IMG/VR virus record: IMGVR_UViG_3300032323_001428
Location: 1-64,000 of that record
Direction: 5' to 3' (one strand)
DNA: 64,000 bases
Source: a virus
Lineage: Duplodnaviria; Caudoviricetes
Shown here: piece after piece, positions 28,159 to 37,588 of the stretch
Numbering within the stretch: the first letter of the stretch is position 1
How the letters are laid out: each line of letters opens with the position of its first letter
Notes under the pieces: model-generated
Databases searched by the model: none
Told to the model about the DNA's origin: nothing
The model's input: only the letters and a program-made list of their open reading frames with translations
Program-made: the position numbers and the translations under genes

Positions 28159-28830
28159 TCAATCGAAAATGCGACCCCAACCATCGCTGCCACCTGGGCA
28201 CCAACGATGCTTAAGAACTGCTTTGGTATAAACGGTCTTCTTACCGTTTGTTACTGGTCCAGTATAGTTGTCATTCAATGAACCATAAGGATCATTTACA
28301 TAGTATCCTTTACCATCTGGTGTCTTGCCGATCACTACACACATGTGCCCGCCAGTAGGTGAAGAAAGAGAACCCCTGTGAAGAATACCAATAACGACGG
28401 GTTTGCCAGCATCCAAACTCTTATCAATATCAGAGAAAGAAAGATTGTAACTAAAGTGTGACTTAACACCATAACCTTGTAGAACTTTGGTTTGAACTGA
28501 GTGATCAGTTGTGTCACCAATGGCAAATACTTTCTTAACATACTCATCATCACCTTTGATGCTTCCTGGTTTGAGGAAAGCAAGGCACATAGCACACGAT
28601 GAACTGTTACAAGTTCTATGTGCATCTCTGTAGTTGTCTACTTGATTAAAGTAGGGAACCGACAATACTGATGGTGTTGGCGGTTTTGTTCTAAACATCC
28701 CAATCCATTCAGTCTCAGAATCATCCAAGAATTCAACAGGTAGGTTATCCTCTAACCATTGAACTGCTGCTACATGATTTGCATTACCATCATCATAATA
28801 CTTAAAAAAGTTATGAAGATCCAGTGTCAT
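28159..28830 (-). CDS. C39-like cysteine peptidase with the same N-terminal domain as the lysozyme
   Basis: VPYFNQ.DN...C.SSSCAM, GHM.V..G, VNDPYG. Confidence 0.85.
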   Translation of the reverse strand: MTLDLHNFFKYYDDGNANHVAAVQWLEDNLPVEFLDDSETEWIGMFRTKPPTPSVLSVPYFNQVDNYRDAHRTCNSSSCAMCLAFLKPGSIKGDDEYVKKVFAIGDTTDHSVQTKVLQGYGVKSHFSYNLSFSDIDKSLDAGKPVVIGILHRGSLSSPTGGHMCVVIGKTPDGKGYYVNDPYGSLNDNYTGPVTNGKKTVYTKAVLKHRWCPGGSDGWGRIFD

Positions 28831-29000
28831 TTTACCTCGTCTGTAACACTATCCTATTTAGATGATGCTGTTTTTATTAACAAAACAACAACAAAAATTG
28901 AAAAATAAATTTGGAAAATATGATAAATCATCCAAATAAAAAAAATCCTCACCCTTATTTAGAGTGAGGATAAGTATGATTACCTATTTTAGTTAGTGTT

Positions 29001-29210
29001 TCACCATACTCCAGGAATTACTTGCCCGGTTAGTACGTAGGCACCAACGGCAGCCACAAATCCCATCATCGCAAATCGTCCGTTTAGTTTTTCTGCACGT
29101 TCTGCATAAGTTTCAACTTCATTTTGTTGCATGTCTTTCTCCGTAATGTACATTGTTGGTTCTTTGGCAAACATGTTTTGTTGCCCACGATCATTAGTCG
29201 TTACAGTCAT
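29001..29210 (-). CDS. hli: high-light-inducible protein
   Basis: AEKLNGRFAMMGF.AAVGAY..TGQ.IPG; NMFAKEP N-terminus. Confidence 0.95.
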   Translation of the reverse strand: MTVTTNDRGQQNMFAKEPTMYITEKDMQQNEVETYAERAEKLNGRFAMMGFVAAVGAYVLTGQVIPGVW

Positions 29211-29237
29211 TTAAGTTTTGTAAAGTTCTACAACAAT

Positions 29238-29266
29238 AGTATATAGCAAATATAAAGAGGTGTCAA
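29238..29266 (-). promoter_or_regulatory. sigma70-type hli promoter
   Basis: TTGACA-N17-TATACT. Confidence 0.75.
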
Positions 29267-29279
29267 GCACCACATTATA

Positions 29280-29978
29280 TTATTGATTTTTTTCTATCCT
29301 ATAAGCCATTCCATTTTCATGAAATCCATCAATTTCAATATATTCTGTTTTTTTATTAATGTCATCGTTTGGAGCTAGACAAAGATAAGGTCCAGGCATT
29401 CCTTCGTTACCAGAATAAGTTCTATATCCAGACATATGAAAATGAGAGGTTATAATTTGAAGACCTGGATTACGAATTTCATAATGTTCTGATATTAATT
29501 TTGCAATCTTATTATCACATCTAGGTTTTCCAAGATGGAAATTCATTTCGTCTGTAACTTTGATTGGGGTTTGGAATGCCCATACATCCTGAGATGATGA
29601 ATTATTAAATGGTGCAATACACCATTCACCATTTTCACAAAATACTTCCCATCTAGTCAAAGCAATAAAGACCTCTAGAAGATTAACTTCTTTTAGATTT
29701 GATATAGTATCATCAAAAATAATATCTGCATTTGAAATAATACAAATTTGATTGTTTAAATTTGTATTACAAAAATCAAACAAATCCTTATATGTTGGTC
29801 TATCTTCTTTTTGGATTATTTCTATTTTATCAGACTTAAAGTTCAATTTGGAATCGTCAGAAATAAAGACATATATTTTTTCAATATGTTCGTTTTCTAA
29901 ATTTTCGTGAATGCAAGTAATGTATTCACTATGTCTCTGATAATCATCAGATCTAAAATATTCTATTAATAAATTCAT
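29280..29978 (-). CDS. putative GT-A-fold glycosyltransferase-like protein
   Basis: ISNADIIFD, ALTRW, SQDVW.F, G.P.CDN. Confidence 0.6.
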   Translation of the reverse strand: MNLLIEYFRSDDYQRHSEYITCIHENLENEHIEKIYVFISDDSKLNFKSDKIEIIQKEDRPTYKDLFDFCNTNLNNQICIISNADIIFDDTISNLKEVNLLEVFIALTRWEVFCENGEWCIAPFNNSSSQDVWAFQTPIKVTDEMNFHLGKPRCDNKIAKLISEHYEIRNPGLQIITSHFHMSGYRTYSGNEGMPGPYLCLAPNDDINKKTEYIEIDGFHENGMAYRIEKNQ

Positions 29979-30868
29979 TGAGTTTTAATCCAATCCATTA
30001 AATTTACTTGAGGTCTCCATCCAAAAATGGTTCTCAATTTTCCATTATTTGCAAGAGTAGTTCTTGACTCTCCAATTCTTTCTGGAATATTTATTTGATT
30101 TTCAGAAATGGCATTTGCAATTTCATTAATTGAGTAATTAATTCCATTACCTACATTATAAAGTTCACCATAAAAATCACCATCAATATCTTTTGTTGCT
30201 GCAAGAATATTTGCTTGAACTACATCAGATACGTGTGTGAAGTCTCTACGTTGTTCTCCATCACCAACAATTGTAAGTGCCTCTCCTTTTTTCTTTTGCT
30301 CCAAGAATAACCCAATTACTGGGGCATATTGTCCATTTAAAGGTTGCCGTTCACCATAAACATTAAAATACCTAAAGAAAATTGTTTTAAGACCAAATAG
30401 GTCATTATACATTTTACAGAGTTTTTCTCCTGCAACTTTAGATACCGAGTAAGGATTTAAACAATCATCAGGTTGATTTTCGTGATTTGGAGGTTCATTG
30501 AATCCATAACCAGATGAAGTAGAAGAATAAATCACTTTCTTCACTCCTGCTTCTCTAGCACACTGAAGAACAGTAATAGTACCAATACAATTGGTATTAA
30601 CTGCTTTAATTGGATTCAAAATTGCTGGTTGAATCCTAGCATCAGCAGCAAGATGAAAGACATAATCCACACCTTCATAAAGAGGTCTAGTTTTTTCATA
30701 ATCACAAATATCATACTTATAATTTTGTGCATTTGGGTTCCAATAAAATTCTTCATTGGATTCGGCACTTTCATTATCAATTACTATAACTTTGTGTTCC
30801 AACTCAATAAGTACATCAACAAGATTAGATCCAATAAATCCAGCACCACCTGTTACTAAAGATTTCAT
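29975..30868 (-). CDS. NAD-dependent nucleotide-sugar epimerase (extended SDR)
   Basis: VTGGAGFIGS, YSVSK, RYFNVYG, RDFTHVSD. Confidence 0.9.
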   Translation of the reverse strand: MKSLVTGGAGFIGSNLVDVLIELEHKVIVIDNESAESNEEFYWNPNAQNYKYDICDYEKTRPLYEGVDYVFHLAADARIQPAILNPIKAVNTNCIGTITVLQCAREAGVKKVIYSSTSSGYGFNEPPNHENQPDDCLNPYSVSKVAGEKLCKMYNDLFGLKTIFFRYFNVYGERQPLNGQYAPVIGLFLEQKKKGEALTIVGDGEQRRDFTHVSDVVQANILAATKDIDGDFYGELYNVGNGINYSINEIANAISENQINIPERIGESRTTLANNGKLRTIFGWRPQVNLMDWIKTQ

Positions 30869-31818
30869 TTCAAATAAACCTCTTTAAATTTTTGAACTAC
30901 TTTTTCTGGAGAATAATCTTGATAACAATTCCATTCCAATTGATTTATTTCATTTTTATCCAAGTTCAATAGAATATTATCTATATCTTCTTTATTCTCA
31001 TAAAATATTCCCTTTTCACCTAAAGTATCAATATGATTTCTTTCGAGAGAATTGTAATAAGTAATGATAGGTTTATTTCTAATTGAAAACTCTGCACAAG
31101 ATAACCCAAAAGATTCACCAATATTCCTTGCATGTAACATCACATCTGAAGTATTAATGAATTTAACTTTTTCATTTAAATCAGCAGTTGGATCTAGGTA
31201 GATTATTCTTTCATGCTCACAAAAAGGTTCCGTATATTGAAAAACAAACCAAATGTCATTTCTTTTTTCTAAAGTTTCTACAATTGATTGCTTTACAAAT
31301 GGAAGATCAAAAGTATCCCACCCACCATTTCTTCCAAAAACTAGAGCATCTTTTGGAATTCCCAATTCATCTCTCATACTCATACTATGATCTGGAAGAT
31401 TTACAATATATGGAACGTAAGGTATTTTATAATCAGTTATTTTAGATAACCATTTTGAACCCATAGCATAAACATCTCCATGAACCCATTCTGGTTTCCA
31501 CCATCCAGATATAGCATTTACTAAATTTTTAGAAACTGATGAAATTACACCATCAGGTTCACCTCCCTTTTCCATTAAAAATGCATCACATTTATTTTTG
31601 GATAAAATATCATCTATTTGATTTTTATCTTCATATCCAAAAACAGGAAATTCTTTTTCAAATTTTTTAATGACACTTTTATCATTAAAATTATTTTTTA
31701 AATTAAACATAATGATTGGGTCAATATCAAGATAGTGTCTAGTCCAATATGCCCAATCATAAATTGCTACTGTGGTTCCCCGCAAACACAAAGAATTATC
31801 ATGAAATGCTATTCTCAT
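30865..31818 (-). CDS. GT-B-fold glycosyltransferase
   Basis: RGTTVA.YD.A, GR.GG..TFD, LHAR..GESFGL..AEF. Confidence 0.75.
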   Translation of the reverse strand: MRIAFHDNSLCLRGTTVAIYDWAYWTRHYLDIDPIIMFNLKNNFNDKSVIKKFEKEFPVFGYEDKNQIDDILSKNKCDAFLMEKGGEPDGVISSVSKNLVNAISGWWKPEWVHGDVYAMGSKWLSKITDYKIPYVPYIVNLPDHSMSMRDELGIPKDALVFGRNGGWDTFDLPFVKQSIVETLEKRNDIWFVFQYTEPFCEHERIIYLDPTADLNEKVKFINTSDVMLHARNIGESFGLSCAEFSIRNKPIITYYNSLERNHIDTLGEKGIFYENKEDIDNILLNLDKNEINQLEWNCYQDYSPEKVVQKFKEVYLK

Positions 31819-32624
31819 AAAGATATCTTTTTCTCCAAATCCTTTCTAGCAGTATCTCCAAGACTATCCATTTGTTCAAAGAAAGCAAGAGAAAGATTGA
31901 TATTATCTTGAGAAATTGTTGGACTAAAAGGACCAACAGGTTCATAACCATATTCAATATCCAAAATACGTTGGAAATTATCACCTTGAAAAATATCACC
32001 CCAACACTTTTCGCCAATTGTAGGGACAGTATCCAAGTAGAATGAATAGATTATTTGTTCAGTTGTTCTTTGACTTCCAGTAATAATTTGTGTATTTCCA
32101 AAATTACATTGGTTAACAAAAGCAATTGCAGACTCTGCATCGATTCCCACTTCTTCCATACGACCAGGAATGATACTTACATATCCAACATCATAGGTGC
32201 AACATTTAAGAGCAGTAGATGAATCTGCAAGACCAGTAACATTAGTAATTACATACTGATTATATTCATCAACATACTCAAGAACATTTTGGAAGGGAGG
32301 GATTTTCATTCCAACCTTACAGTTTCCTTGTGTTGCATCAGTAATAATTTTTGCATATTCAAGTATAATCTTTGAATCTAATAAGGAATAAGGTGCTTGA
32401 ATGTGAATTTCCCCTTCATTATCACCACGAATATCAGCAATTAGTTTTCCCATTTCTGATGCATGGGAAATCCATTCATCCAAATGATACATATCAACTT
32501 TACTGAATGCATTTGGATTTGTCGTTATACCTCGCACCAATTTTGGATCAATTTCAGATCCATATTTTTCCATTGTATCTTTAATAAATGGAATGTTAGC
32601 TGTATCAAAAAAGAAATCTCTCAT
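31815..32624 (-). CDS. divergent transaldolase/fructose-6-phosphate-aldolase family protein
   Basis: FFDTAN, GITTNP, MKIP (Schiff-base Lys), NVT, YVS..PGR, GSQR. Confidence 0.75.
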   Translation of the reverse strand: MRDFFFDTANIPFIKDTMEKYGSEIDPKLVRGITTNPNAFSKVDMYHLDEWISHASEMGKLIADIRGDNEGEIHIQAPYSLLDSKIILEYAKIITDATQGNCKVGMKIPPFQNVLEYVDEYNQYVITNVTGLADSSTALKCCTYDVGYVSIIPGRMEEVGIDAESAIAFVNQCNFGNTQIITGSQRTTEQIIYSFYLDTVPTIGEKCWGDIFQGDNFQRILDIEYGYEPVGPFSPTISQDNINLSLAFFEQMDSLGDTARKDLEKKISL

Positions 32625-32625
32625 T

Positions 32626-32988
32626 TTATTCTCCAATTTGTTTGTTAAAATCTTCCCAATTAGTTAATCTAATTGCTTTATCATCAATATAAAAGTCAGC
32701 AAGTGGTTTTCCAAAATGAATTTCATCATAAGGAATTTGATGTTTATTTAACCATTCTAACACAATAGGTGATTGATTGGCAATAATTTTACCTACATTA
32801 TTATTATATGTAAGCATGTTTCTTGCTGTCATAATAATAATATAGTGACCTTTAGACTTTAATCTTTGCAGTGTCTCAACTGCACCAGGAAGAGGTTCAA
32901 CGTCAAGATAGTGTTGTCCCTCTTTCTTAATGTGACATATTGTTCCATCAAGGTCAAAACAAAATTTATAAATTTTCGTAGACATCAT
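32626..32988 (-). CDS. small HAD phosphatase (capsule-biosynthesis type)
   Basis: DLDGT, TAR, GKP.AD.YIDD. Confidence 0.85.
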   Translation of the reverse strand: MMSTKIYKFCFDLDGTICHIKKEGQHYLDVEPLPGAVETLQRLKSKGHYIIIMTARNMLTYNNNVGKIIANQSPIVLEWLNKHQIPYDEIHFGKPLADFYIDDKAIRLTNWEDFNKQIGE

Positions 32989-33934
32989 TTAAAATATTAA
33001 GTCCAGTCATCAACATTGCTTTTTGTCTATCTAAATTGTCATAATGTCTTGCACACATTCCAACAAAGATAAGACCTTCAATTAATTTTATCTTATTATA
33101 ATCAAATTTATACTCATCAGAAATAGATAAAAATTTATTATTAATATCATTTTTTCTTTGCTCATTATGAAAAGAAAGTTTGAATTGATTATCTACATTT
33201 GAAACATCAAACTCATCATAGATAAAAAATTCATAACCACCATTACATGAATGTGATATTTTTGCAAGATCATAATATGAATCACCGAAGAATTTTGTTT
33301 TACCAAAAACTCCTCTAGGATCAATGAATTTTAAAATCACATCATTGGTAATATCATTTACTCCATAAAGAATATTACTAAAACAAAGATCACCATGAAT
33401 AAAATGAAATTTGTCATCACATATTGATGTTTCAATATAAGATTTAATTTTTTCCCAAATAACATCAAAGGATTTTAAAATCTTACCATTAAATACAAAT
33501 TCTTTTGTATTTCTAAATTGAGAGAAAAAATCAAACTTATATATCAAATTAATGTATTCTTTCTCTGTCTTATCCACAAACATCAATAAAGAGTCTTCTT
33601 TAGATGCAAGGACGGAAGTAGATTCTTTATAGTTATTGATGTAAGAAAAAATAAAGTCAAAAACTTTAGTCCAAAAATCAGGATTATAATCCTGATTTAT
33701 CATAACATTTCCCAAATTTCCATAAGCATAATATTCAAGTTCCATCTGATAAATTTTTTCATCAGTTGAATAATTCAACATTCTTGGAAAATAAACTTGA
33801 ATATCCTTAGGGAGATTTTGATAGTATTCAATCTCCCCAAGAAGACGATCTTCTTCACTAGATTTAATAATACTTGCTTTTGTTTTTGAATTAAATTCAA
33901 AATTATTATAAGCTCTAGTTATAAAGTCCATCAA
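32966..33934 (-). CDS. APH/choline-kinase-fold sugar kinase
   Basis: E..YY..LP, HGDLCFSNIL, FIDPRG.FG, GD.YYDLAK..HS. Confidence 0.8.
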   Translation of the reverse strand: MMDFITRAYNNFEFNSKTKASIIKSSEEDRLLGEIEYYQNLPKDIQVYFPRMLNYSTDEKIYQMELEYYAYGNLGNVMINQDYNPDFWTKVFDFIFSYINNYKESTSVLASKEDSLLMFVDKTEKEYINLIYKFDFFSQFRNTKEFVFNGKILKSFDVIWEKIKSYIETSICDDKFHFIHGDLCFSNILYGVNDITNDVILKFIDPRGVFGKTKFFGDSYYDLAKISHSCNGGYEFFIYDEFDVSNVDNQFKLSFHNEQRKNDINNKFLSISDEYKFDYNKIKLIEGLIFVGMCARHYDNLDRQKAMLMTGLNILNDVYENL

Positions 33935-35370
33935 ATCTTCATCATATTTTCTAAGGTTTCTTTACTAACAGAAGAAAGAGGAACTCTTCCAGATTCAGAC
34001 TTGCTATAAACTTCATCATGAAGTTCTTCAATTGAAACAAAAGTAAGATTATAGATCTTAGCAAACTGACGGAGAGTATCACCCTTAATCATTTTTCCAT
34101 ATTCATCCATAATTTCGATAATAACTCCAACCTCCTTCATACCTGCTAAACGGAGAATTTCAACACATCCCTCAGTGTGACCTCTACGTTCAGACAGAAG
34201 ACCAGGACGGGCACGGAGAGGAAATAAGTGACCAGGTTGTGCAAGAGAACTTGGTTTAGATTCATCAGAGCAGAAGGTATTGATAGTAGCAAGACGATCA
34301 CCAACGGACATACCAGTAGTAGCACCTTCTACTGCATCAATACTAGTTGCAAAAGGAGTTCCATACTTATCCATTGAATTGCAATTCATCATAGGAATTT
34401 CAAGTTGATCCAGTTTTTCCTGATTGCAAGGAAGGCACATCAATCCTCTTGCGTGTCTCATAGCAAAAAGAAGATTTTCTTCGGTTGCTTTTTCTGCTGC
34501 AAATACAATGTCTCCTTCAAATTCACGATCATAATCATCAACCATAACAATTGGTTTACCATTGCGAATATCTTCAACAGCTTGTTTTACATTCGATTGC
34601 TTAAGATTCAAAATAATTTCTCCAGGACTTCCAAGGGACACAAAATCATCACATTCCATATGATAGTTTTTAATTTTATAACCATCATTAATCAAATAAT
34701 TATAAGTCAAAGCAACATATTTTTCTTTAACACAAGAAACTTTACCAGATGACCATCCTGCATCCGAATCATCAGTCATAAGGTTCTTTGCACTTTCAAC
34801 AAAAAGGTTTGCATTCTTCCAGTAGAAAATTCCATTCAAAGACCAAGGAGAAATTGCAACTTTTTCAGCAAGTCTAGTTGCATAACCATTTTCATCGAGT
34901 TCAATATGACTATATCTACTTTCTTCACCAACAACAACATCCGAATGATCGTATGTGGAAACTACTCCGTCACAGTCTGTTTCTTTAATAAATTTAATGA
35001 ACTTATTGGGATTCCAAGGAGTATACTGATCACAATTTGTAATAACCAGTGGTTCAGAAAGATCAATTTTTCCAGTTTCTAATGCAAGAAGACAAGTTTC
35101 TGCTTGTCCTCTAGTAGAATGTCCAATATCAATAATTTCCATATCCAAATAATATTTGTTCTTAATATCAGTAAGAACTTGAATATATTTTGCTGGAAGA
35201 CCATTAACAATAATGTAATATTTTCCAGGAAGATTAAGTGAGGAAATTGCCCATTCAATTAGTGGTTTTCCTTTTACATCTACAAATGGTTTTGGTTCAT
35301 TGTAACCATTTGATTTAAAACGAGTTCCAAGACCCGCAATTGGAAATAAAATGTTCATAGTCATATACAA
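33931..35370 (-). CDS. fusion: sugar-phosphate nucleotidyltransferase-like domain + DHBP synthase (RibB) domain
   Basis: N-half PIAGLGTRF..PKP, GQAET, NCDQ, EK; C-half DD.DREFEGD, RGL.C, S.DA..G.TTG.S..DR, PGH.FPL, RRGHTE. Confidence 0.88.
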   Translation of the reverse strand: MYMTMNILFPIAGLGTRFKSNGYNEPKPFVDVKGKPLIEWAISSLNLPGKYYIIVNGLPAKYIQVLTDIKNKYYLDMEIIDIGHSTRGQAETCLLALETGKIDLSEPLVITNCDQYTPWNPNKFIKFIKETDCDGVVSTYDHSDVVVGEESRYSHIELDENGYATRLAEKVAISPWSLNGIFYWKNANLFVESAKNLMTDDSDAGWSSGKVSCVKEKYVALTYNYLINDGYKIKNYHMECDDFVSLGSPGEIILNLKQSNVKQAVEDIRNGKPIVMVDDYDREFEGDIVFAAEKATEENLLFAMRHARGLMCLPCNQEKLDQLEIPMMNCNSMDKYGTPFATSIDAVEGATTGMSVGDRLATINTFCSDESKPSSLAQPGHLFPLRARPGLLSERRGHTEGCVEILRLAGMKEVGVIIEIMDEYGKMIKGDTLRQFAKIYNLTFVSIEELHDEVYSKSESGRVPLSSVSKETLENMMKI

Positions 35371-35383
35371 GGGTTATAAAAAA

Positions 35384-35412
35384 ATTTTAAAATAAAAAGC
35401 AAAAAATGTCAA
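35384..35412 (-). promoter_or_regulatory. sigma70-type promoter heading the nucleotidyltransferase-RibB sub-operon
   Basis: TTGACA-N17-TAAAAT. Confidence 0.7.
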
Positions 35413-36207
35413 TCAAATAAACATATCTTCGAAAGATTGGTAGTCTGAATAATTTTCTATTCTCAGAACATCACCAAGAACCTTATCAAATGTGTCTATC
35501 TTAATATTATTTAGAATGCACTGAGAATAGACCAATCTACAAGCATCCAATCTAGCCATATGTAAAGAATAATCAGTACCAACCAATTGATTAAAGTTTA
35601 ACCAAGATTCACAAACTGTTTTCATAATACTTGACGACGAAAGAAAAAACATTTCATATACCCTATCTGGACAATAAGATATTCCAGTATTAATATGAAA
35701 TAAAGTGTCATCAATTCTGTCAAAATATTTTTCTATGTCAGTATGAACATGTAAAAAATCTGGTCTGGTTTTAATTGCAATATCATATTTAATTTTATTT
35801 TCTTTTTCGTATTCTTCAAGTAGTTGGTATGCAGAATACAATTTATATAAAGAAGGAATACTAGTTGCTTTTGAATGATACAAAGTATCTGGACTTTGAT
35901 TTAAAAATGATTTTATTTCACCATTAGATTGATTGTGAATAAATTCTCCATAATCATCTATTGTATATTTTTTAATATTAGGAATTAAGTTAATATGCTC
36001 TAAACTGATTGATTTGTTTTTTTCTTGATTTTGAATATCTGCTTGTTCCTTTAAAGCATGTTCACTCCAAACAGATATTCCTCTATTATTCCAAGTTGAT
36101 AAAAATACATCACAATTAAATTTTTCAATAAATTGATTTAAATATTTTAATACTTTTGGGTGATCAAAAGTTCTCATTTGACCACAAATTAATAATGCTA
36201 TTTTCAT
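35413..36207 (-). CDS. putative glycosyltransferase-like protein (MKIA...GQ.R family) copy 1
   Basis: KIALLICGQMR, DVF.STW, YD..IKTRPD. Confidence 0.65.
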   Translation of the reverse strand: MKIALLICGQMRTFDHPKVLKYLNQFIEKFNCDVFLSTWNNRGISVWSEHALKEQADIQNQEKNKSISLEHINLIPNIKKYTIDDYGEFIHNQSNGEIKSFLNQSPDTLYHSKATSIPSLYKLYSAYQLLEEYEKENKIKYDIAIKTRPDFLHVHTDIEKYFDRIDDTLFHINTGISYCPDRVYEMFFLSSSSIMKTVCESWLNFNQLVGTDYSLHMARLDACRLVYSQCILNNIKIDTFDKVLGDVLRIENYSDYQSFEDMFI

Positions 36208-36872
36208 TATACAGATGATAAAACTTTATTTCTAACAAAAAACCAACCACCGTGCCTATCATTTGGATCCAAAACAAGCATATTCATATTTTCTTGTCTG
36301 TGTTTTACAGAACGAAAAACAAGTCGATGTTGACACAATGGCATTTTTTCATCATTCAAATAAAGATCAAGATTTGAATAAATTTTTGTAATGTCTAAAA
36401 TATCTTGTTTATTTCCACAAATAAATTTATTATCAATGTGAGTTGTTAACCATTCGTCTCCAGGAACATATGAAGTGTATAATTCATTCTTATTCAAAGA
36501 AAGTTCTTTTAATGACATTCCCTTTCCAATAATATCAGTTCTTGTCAAGATCCAATGGTCATAATCATCATCAACAGTTTCAATAAGACTATGAAGTTTA
36601 TTCATAGAATATAAAGGTGACAATGTAACAAATACAGACTTAGTGATTTTGCTTGTATCTATTTCATATAAAAATTCTGTTGAAATATCTACTTGAGGTT
36701 CTACAATAATTCTTTTTGGATTAAAAATAGTCTTGATGTCATTTTCTATTTCAGCATCTCCCCAAAAATGAGCATAATAATCTACATCACAATCTTTATA
36801 TAATTCTTCATTAAAGTCAATCCATTGATCAAAATATCTTGGTTGACCAAAAAAACATACTGCAAGTTTCAT
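36207..36872 (-). CDS. putative glycosyltransferase-like protein copy 2
   Basis: KLAVCFFGQPR, D.Y.HFW, YD..ILTRTD. Confidence 0.65.
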   Translation of the reverse strand: MKLAVCFFGQPRYFDQWIDFNEELYKDCDVDYYAHFWGDAEIENDIKTIFNPKRIIVEPQVDISTEFLYEIDTSKITKSVFVTLSPLYSMNKLHSLIETVDDDYDHWILTRTDIIGKGMSLKELSLNKNELYTSYVPGDEWLTTHIDNKFICGNKQDILDITKIYSNLDLYLNDEKMPLCQHRLVFRSVKHRQENMNMLVLDPNDRHGGWFFVRNKVLSSV

Positions 36873-36877
36873 ACTTT

Positions 36878-37588
36878 TTAAAAACTTTTTCTATTTGGAT
36901 TTGGATCTATAACACACCAACCAGTTCTATCAATACCAGAACTAATTTCAATTCTATTTAATCCCATTCTTTCAATATGAATTCCAACAAAACTTTCTGG
37001 ATGAAAAATATTTCCCTCATTCCAATAAGTATCAATATTATCAATCAAAGAAGAGTATTTGTCAATTCCTTGAGAATTGGAAATTGCAATCACATCAGAA
37101 GTTCCCAAAGGATGAACAGTTTTAAAATCCCAAGCAGTTGGTATTAATATACTACCACTTTTTGCTAATTGAAGTTCTTCGTTGGATATTGTTCCATACC
37201 AACTTAAATCAGTCCTAGATTTTATAACAACATCATAACAAAAATTATTTTCAGTTTGATATTTATTTTTGAGTTGATTACAAAGTTTAACATTATAAAT
37301 CCCACTCAACCAAGTTTTTGGTGTTACTTCTGGTCTTTTATTTTGATTAAAAATTTCATCATTTGAGTGAATTTCTTTCCTTACATTTTCATTATATTCT
37401 TTAAGAATATATTTCTTTGGTTTCCAAAAATTTTCAATTTTTTCTTTACAATATTCAATTCCTTTGTTATTTGGATAACCAGAAAAAAATACATCTGGCA
37501 AAAGAGGATCTAAAATATTTTCTTTTAAACTTGGATACATATCCTCAAATGTATCCAATCTCCCAACTAATAAAAGAGCAATTTTCAT
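36878..37588 (-). CDS. putative glycosyltransferase-like protein copy 3
   Basis: KIALLLVGRL, YDVVIKSRTD, D..AI, HPE. Confidence 0.65.
   Translation of the reverse strand: MKIALLLVGRLDTFEDMYPSLKENILDPLLPDVFFSGYPNNKGIEYCKEKIENFWKPKKYILKEYNENVRKEIHSNDEIFNQNKRPEVTPKTWLSGIYNVKLCNQLKNKYQTENNFCYDVVIKSRTDLSWYGTISNEELQLAKSGSILIPTAWDFKTVHPLGTSDVIAISNSQGIDKYSSLIDNIDTYWNEGNIFHPESFVGIHIERMGLNRIEISSGIDRTGWCVIDPNPNRKSF

Noticed and set aside
31815-32624. Ordinary cyanophage talC AMG
   Set aside because: Longer and much more divergent than typical TalC, and embedded in a sugar-activation operon; no gene symbol assigned.
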